A program made the translations under genes and the position numbers. A DNA stretch of 64,000 nucleotides, taken from contig DF237225.1 in the NCBI GenBank assembly GCA_000708835.1, positions 50,784-114,783 on the forward strand, read 5' to 3'. Shown piece by piece: positions 59,601 to 64,000 of this stretch. A model generated the notes under the pieces. It was not told where the DNA came from. It saw nothing but the letters and a program-made list of their open reading frames with translations, and ran no database searches. This DNA comes from Klebsormidium nitens. Taxonomy: Eukaryota; Plantae; Klebsormidiophyceae. Within the stretch, counting starts at the first letter, position 1. Each line of letters starts with the position of its first letter.

Positions 59601-60859
59601 CAGTGGTCAAATACGTTGAATGAAAACAAAATGCACAGGCTGCTGGCTTCCTTCCTGTCGAACTTTCCGGAACATGTTTCTCATCATCGGCTTTGGATGG
59701 GTGCTTCCAATCCCCATGGGACATGAGGGATGTCCCTCCACACCAACAGATTACAATTACACAGTAAAGACAAAGGCGGCATATGGGTATGACTGCAACA
59801 GCTCCTGTCACATTTTGCCTCACCAAGTCAAGGGGTTCCCTAAGAGTCAATGTTGGACCTTTTGAACGGCCACGGCCTCAGAGTGCAAGGACTACCTCTT
59901 TCTTCCCGTAGAAAGCTGGTACTTCTCAACCAATGTTCCTAATTCACACAAATGTGACACAAATCTGCTCAACTTAAGTCCATGAGGGCCCCAAATGCTT
60001 CTTGAATAACCTACCGCCGCTTTCCTGAATCTCTCTTTCAGGACCATATGCCTAGAAAGTATGTGCAGGTACTTGCTTCAACACACTTTCCCACCTTATA
60101 ATAGGGTCCGTTCTCCAAGATGTGACCTTCCCTGGACTGATGCATTAAATGCAGTTCACAACTTTCAGATCCTCCTGATCAAAACACCAACTTGTACCTT
60201 TCTTAACCCAATGTATTCAAGTTTGACATCTCTTTAACCGCAGGGACAGAGAAGTGAGTCATGTCTGTGCACGAGAATGCCAACTTTCATTAGTGTCGTC
60301 CCAGTCTTCGCCCCAGGGCTGTCATGGCTCCCGCTGCTAATGGCTATCCTATCTGCTGCACCAAAAAGCCATAATTGAGCTTTTCAAGAGACCTGGACAA
60401 CTAAAGGACGCCAGGATAGGGAACTTACTTGCAATCTGGAGAAGTGACCTGGGGGCAGCAACTGCATGCACATATAAACTGTATTTAACAGAGAATCCAC
60501 ATTCCTTGAGAAGCGGTTTAAATCCCTCACAGGCGGATTTTCTTTTCTGCTTGTCACCCACGATCAGCCAACAATGCGGAAGGGAATTTAGGTAAGATGG
60601 GGCATTTTTTTTTGGATATTTTCAGTCACCTAACACTCTTGCAATCTATTCAATCCTGCCAGATCAAACACATTCAACCTGGTAAAGCTGTGTGTGATCA
60701 TTATGAGGCCCTCACTACAGCGTCAGATACAAACATATGCAGCTCCTCCTCATCACTAGGGTGAGGATTCGTGGCTGTCTGGAGATCTAGCTGCCAAGGC
60801 CACTTACCTGAGGAGCAGACAAGCGCCAGGAGTAATAAAAGTGCAGTGAAGACTGCCAT
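56606..60859 (-). CDS. Receptor-like kinase (RLK/Pelle, RD type): signal peptide, DUF642/choice-of-anchor-C-like ectodomain, Pro/Ala stalk, transmembrane helix, kinase; exons 60859-60808, 59423-59212, 58730-58460, 58141-58088, 57861-56606
   Basis: Signal peptide MAVFTALLLLLALVCSS. Ectodomain NGDF...IPGWVITAGTVDY...WQA..SLD..G.EAGSIQQ.F.TTPG..YTVSFYLAG.P.G.PIKTL. TM VIGGVLAGAALLLALAALSLFCLY followed by RQKKRR. Kinase motifs GRGSFG, VAVK-like IAVK, HRDIKAAN, DFG and APE are intact. Phases 1,0,1,1 are consistent; extra exons in the first intron cannot be excluded. Confidence 0.92.
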
Positions 60860-61162
60860 CAAGCTTGCTTGATAAGCAACTTCTTGGCATTCAGAAGGAG
60901 GAGTGGCGCCAATTGCCTAAAACCGCAGTAGATCGACTGGTCCCTGCAAATTCAACTACAGTTGGAGGGTGGAAGAGATTGTGAGATTTGCCCGCCATAA
61001 TCTGGCCCTGCCGTTGCGAAAAGCAGCTTTGGAGAGGACGGATACCTAACCAAAAACTGAAGCACAAACTCAAATCTGCCAGCACATGATGTCTCTGAGC
61101 GAAATTGCTTCTCGTTTGTAACAGAGGGAGAGCGCTGAAGGTTTCACTGGGTGACCGTGATG

Positions 61163-61812
61163 CAACCCAGACTCACGGCCCGTATCGAGAAAACCTCTCG
61201 TAATGCCATTTCGGTTTTACGAGCAAATCGATAGATCCGTATCGAACAAATTCATCGTATTCGGCGGCGCCGTATTGGAAGATTTGCTCGATACGCAGAA
61301 TGCCGTAATAATCGAGACATTTGCTCGATTTATGGACCGCGGTCCTTCCAGGTCTTCCGTAGTTTCAGGGGACGGGGGCCGGTTCGGACGATCTCCGCCG
61401 TCGATCCAGGGTGACCGCTGCGACCCACAAGATCGGTCCACATGACCGCCAGGATCGCGGTACATAAACGATCCCCTAGACTAGTAGTTTAGGGACCGTG
61501 GCACCCGAGTTGCAACCGGGCCCTCCCTGTGACATTAGGGTCTCGCGGGCAACCTGTGAATAACCGGGCAACCCCCTGGGACAACCGGGCCCTCCCGCCG
61601 TAGGGTTACACCACTGCGAGTGGCAACCGGGCAAGTACTTTCAGTTTTAGTTTGTGCCCGGGGCATAAAAAATTCGAAACTTTTCCCCAACAGGCGCTAC
61701 TTGAAAACGAGCGAGTTGATCGATACCCGGCCGGCCGTATCGAGCAATTTGTTCAATATGCTTCTGCTGGCAATATGAGAGGTTTTCTCTATACGGGCGT
61801 GAGTCTGGGTTG
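61163..61812. mobile_element. MITE / non-autonomous TIR element, 650 bp
   Basis: The left end caacccagactcacggcccgtatcgagaaaacctctcgtaatgcca (61163-61208) is the reverse complement of 61768-61812 with 1 indel and 3 mismatches. Subterminal CGAGCAAAT-like repeats and four internal AACCGGGC motifs are present. No clear TSD. Confidence 0.85.
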
Positions 61813-61879
61813 GCTGATAAAGGTGTCTTGCGGTTCAAAATTGGCTCTAAACTAGACTGTCAGCACACTTTGTGCTTCA

Positions 61880-62550
61880 CCAACCGATGAACGGCACAAA
61901 CGTACCACTCAATTTGCGCCACGTGTCCCCCCCAGCCCGGCAAGAGTGCGACGCGACAGGTCGCTTGGCATGCCCAGCAGGGCGCCAGTTTCCGAACCCG
62001 GATTGAGTGGGTGATGTTACCGTCAAAGAACATTGTACCGGTCGGGGCGTTTTTTTGAGCGGAAATGGGGTTTCGGGGTCGCCGAAGGTGGCCCCGGGGG
62101 CCCTCACGGGGCGAAGCCCCGGGTCAGGGGGGGGCCGAAGGCCCCCTCACCGAAATGAACAGCAAGACCTTGCAATAGGGTTTCAGGCCTCGAAACCCTA
62201 AATGTTAGTACTCCACGATCATTCAATGGCATCAGAAAGGACCAACCGCATAACGCCACGTGTCCCCCGCTTCGATAGGATTCGCTGCCGCGCCGAAAGA
62301 TGGTCGCCCCGAAAGCCTGCAGGTCAGGCCAGAGGTTCGGCCCTGACCACCACAACCAGTTATGAGTTTTGCAGTCCGGACGAACAAGAGTCGCCGTCCG
62401 ACGGCGAGCAGCGCGCAACTAGGCGGTTGCAAAACAAAAGTTCTGCCTGACTCAGCAGCCTGGCTTTGGACAGACTTTGACTGCACAGACTTTTTTTCTG
62501 GAAGAACCCAATCTTAACACGCCAACTCAGCACTGTTTCTGGAAGCACCC
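61880..62550 (+). repeat. Two further copies (B, C) of the GCCACGTGTCCCCC repeat separated by a GC-rich mini-hairpin cluster
   Basis: Similarity to 55870-56170. Hairpins GGGGC-GAA-GCCCC (62108-62120) and GGGGGCC-GAA-GGCCCCC (62130-62146). Confidence 0.75.
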
Positions 62551-62579
62551 AATCTTAGAAGGTTCTAGCTGAGCCTGCC

Positions 62580-62680
62580 CCGGCCACGTGAGCAGGCTGC
62601 AGGCCACGTAAGCAGGCTGCAGGTTTTTCGGACGGTCTGGGCTGGCCGGAATATAAGGTATAAAAGCTCAAAAACTCTCT
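62580..62680 (+). promoter_or_regulatory. Possible promoter: tandem 20-bp GGCCACGT(G/A)AGCAGGCTGCA repeat with G-box cores, followed by TATAAAAG
   Basis: Motifs seen directly; function is inference. Confidence 0.3.
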
Positions 62681-63130
62681 CATTTCATTCATTCCCAAGT
62701 AGAGCACCTACGGTTCTCAACCTCCCAAATCTTGTCGCATTTTCAGTAACACACCGCGAGTTTGGCTTAGTCGCTGACTTTTGGCCGCCGCCGCCGCCGA
62801 TTAGGGGAATTTTTCGGCTCAAAACCGAGCAATGTAGCTAGGCTAGGCTACTGCCAGTGAGTCAGTGAGTCTAGTGAGTCCGATCGAGCCCCCCGCAACG
62901 CGCCGTTTTCCCGAGTCGATTTTTAATACAGACCGTCGATCGCGACAAATTTTATCAATCGACTAGGGGTTTCGGACGCGGCCCCGTCCGACCAGTCTCC
63001 CCAAGTAATATCCGTCGTCGTAAAGACCCGGTGGTAGTCTAAACAGTCAGCTAGATTACGGTCATCATTTTTTCAAGAGGCCACAAGATTCAAACCGAGT
63101 TGCTCGTATGCACGCATAGGATCGCGACGC

Positions 63131-63600
63131 ACATGATGGAGCATGAAGCAGCGAAAGCAACGGGCCGAGACCGGGGCCGAAAACGCAAGCTTAGTGGCGA
63201 GCAAAACGAAGAAGGGGCGACGAGCGAGCAAACAGCAAGTGGTTCCGGAGTAGTGGCCGCGGCTATCAACATCAGAACGCCCGAGACACATGATGCTAAT
63301 GTAAGATTGGCAAGCATTAGGGAACTTAGCATATGCATGCTGATGTGTTCTGCAGGTTGTGAATGACGTATATCGCACGGCACGTGTGAGGGGTGGCTTT
63401 TCTTGACACAATGTGCCATGCTTCAAGTGTACCGAGATCTTGAGGGATCCGCAAGCACCCTTCGAGCTGGCCGCCGGGCGTGTAGTTCAGTGCAGATCTA
63501 GCACGACGCTTTTGAATTATGCTTCTTTGGACGGCCTCAGGCTGCTCGTGGCACTTGTGTGATCTATTGACACGAGTGGCCTTGTGCGGCAAGTCTACCT
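63131..63600 (+). pseudogene. Possible degenerate spliced coding remnant (MMEHEAAK...RGRKRK... then donor at 63301 and acceptor near 63356; stops follow)
   Basis: An NLS-like first exon with GTAAGA donor and TTCTGCAG acceptor, but every downstream frame closes quickly. No family recognised. Confidence 0.25.
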
Positions 63601-64000
63601 TTCTCTCGAAAACACTTTGCTACAACCTGATAAGCGGTTGTGATGAAGGAGATTGCGATTCTGCGTGCAGCAAGTCCTCAGGTCTCAACCGCAACAATCT
63701 CAAACCGCTGCCTAAACGCAGGATTCGGACGATTCGAACAGTTCCGGGAACCAAGCATCATCGTTTGACGGTGATGATTGCGAAGGTGCTGACGACGAGA
63801 CCTCCGAGTCGGACGAAGAGGAAACTGCATCGGACCGGGAGTTGCTGGACGACTGCCCTCAGCAGGTCGACTCTGCGCACGACCACCGTCTTGCGGACCA
63901 AGAAAGAGAGATCAGATCGAGCGACATGGTGAGTTCGACCTGATCCTTGCTGCTCCGTCCTTGCAGGTTCAGTGCTTCTTATGTGGTCAGCCTGAAGCGG

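Noticed and set aside
59620-59985. Cys-rich plus-strand ORF (with read-through of one stop) and micro-exon-like sites inside RLK intron 1
   Set aside because: No recognisable family and no coherent gene model; may be a decayed fragment.
5270-60859. GH10, ABCG and DUF642-RLK as a functional cell-wall gene cluster
   Set aside because: They are separated by unrelated genes and there is no evidence of co-regulation; co-occurrence in 64 kb is plausible by chance.

Overview
Intron-rich eukaryotic nuclear DNA of moderate GC content, with GT-AG introns full of telobox-like AAACCC/GGGTTT motifs. The gene set combines a ciliary B9 protein with plant-type RLK/Pelle kinase, ABCG, GH10 and QALGGH-type zinc-finger genes. 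This points to a flagellate streptophyte (charophyte) alga such as Klebsormidium; the species is inference only. I reconstructed these genes by hand from splice sites and reading phase: a metallophosphoesterase with degenerate catalytic motifs (+, 5' end outside the window), a CBM-GH10 xylanase-like gene (-), an intronless TIR1/COI1-type F-box/LRR pseudogene (+), a ~20-exon ABCG24/28-type half transporter (-) with a mitochondrial nad5 fragment in one intron, an intronless protein with four phage-type Cys4 zinc ribbons (-) head-to-head with an enoyl-CoA isomerase-like gene (+), a C2H2 zinc-finger gene (-), a B9D2-like protein fused to four EF-hands (+), and a receptor-like kinase whose ectodomain resembles the bacterial choice-of-anchor C/DUF642 domain (-). 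Non-coding features include a MITE, dispersed repeats, a perfect 57-bp palindrome, a CCGAC array, and recurrent decayed copies of exon edges inside neighbouring introns. The most notable items are the DUF642-type RLK, the B9D2-EF-hand fusion and the exon-edge duplications. All family assignments rest on remembered motifs; no database search was run.
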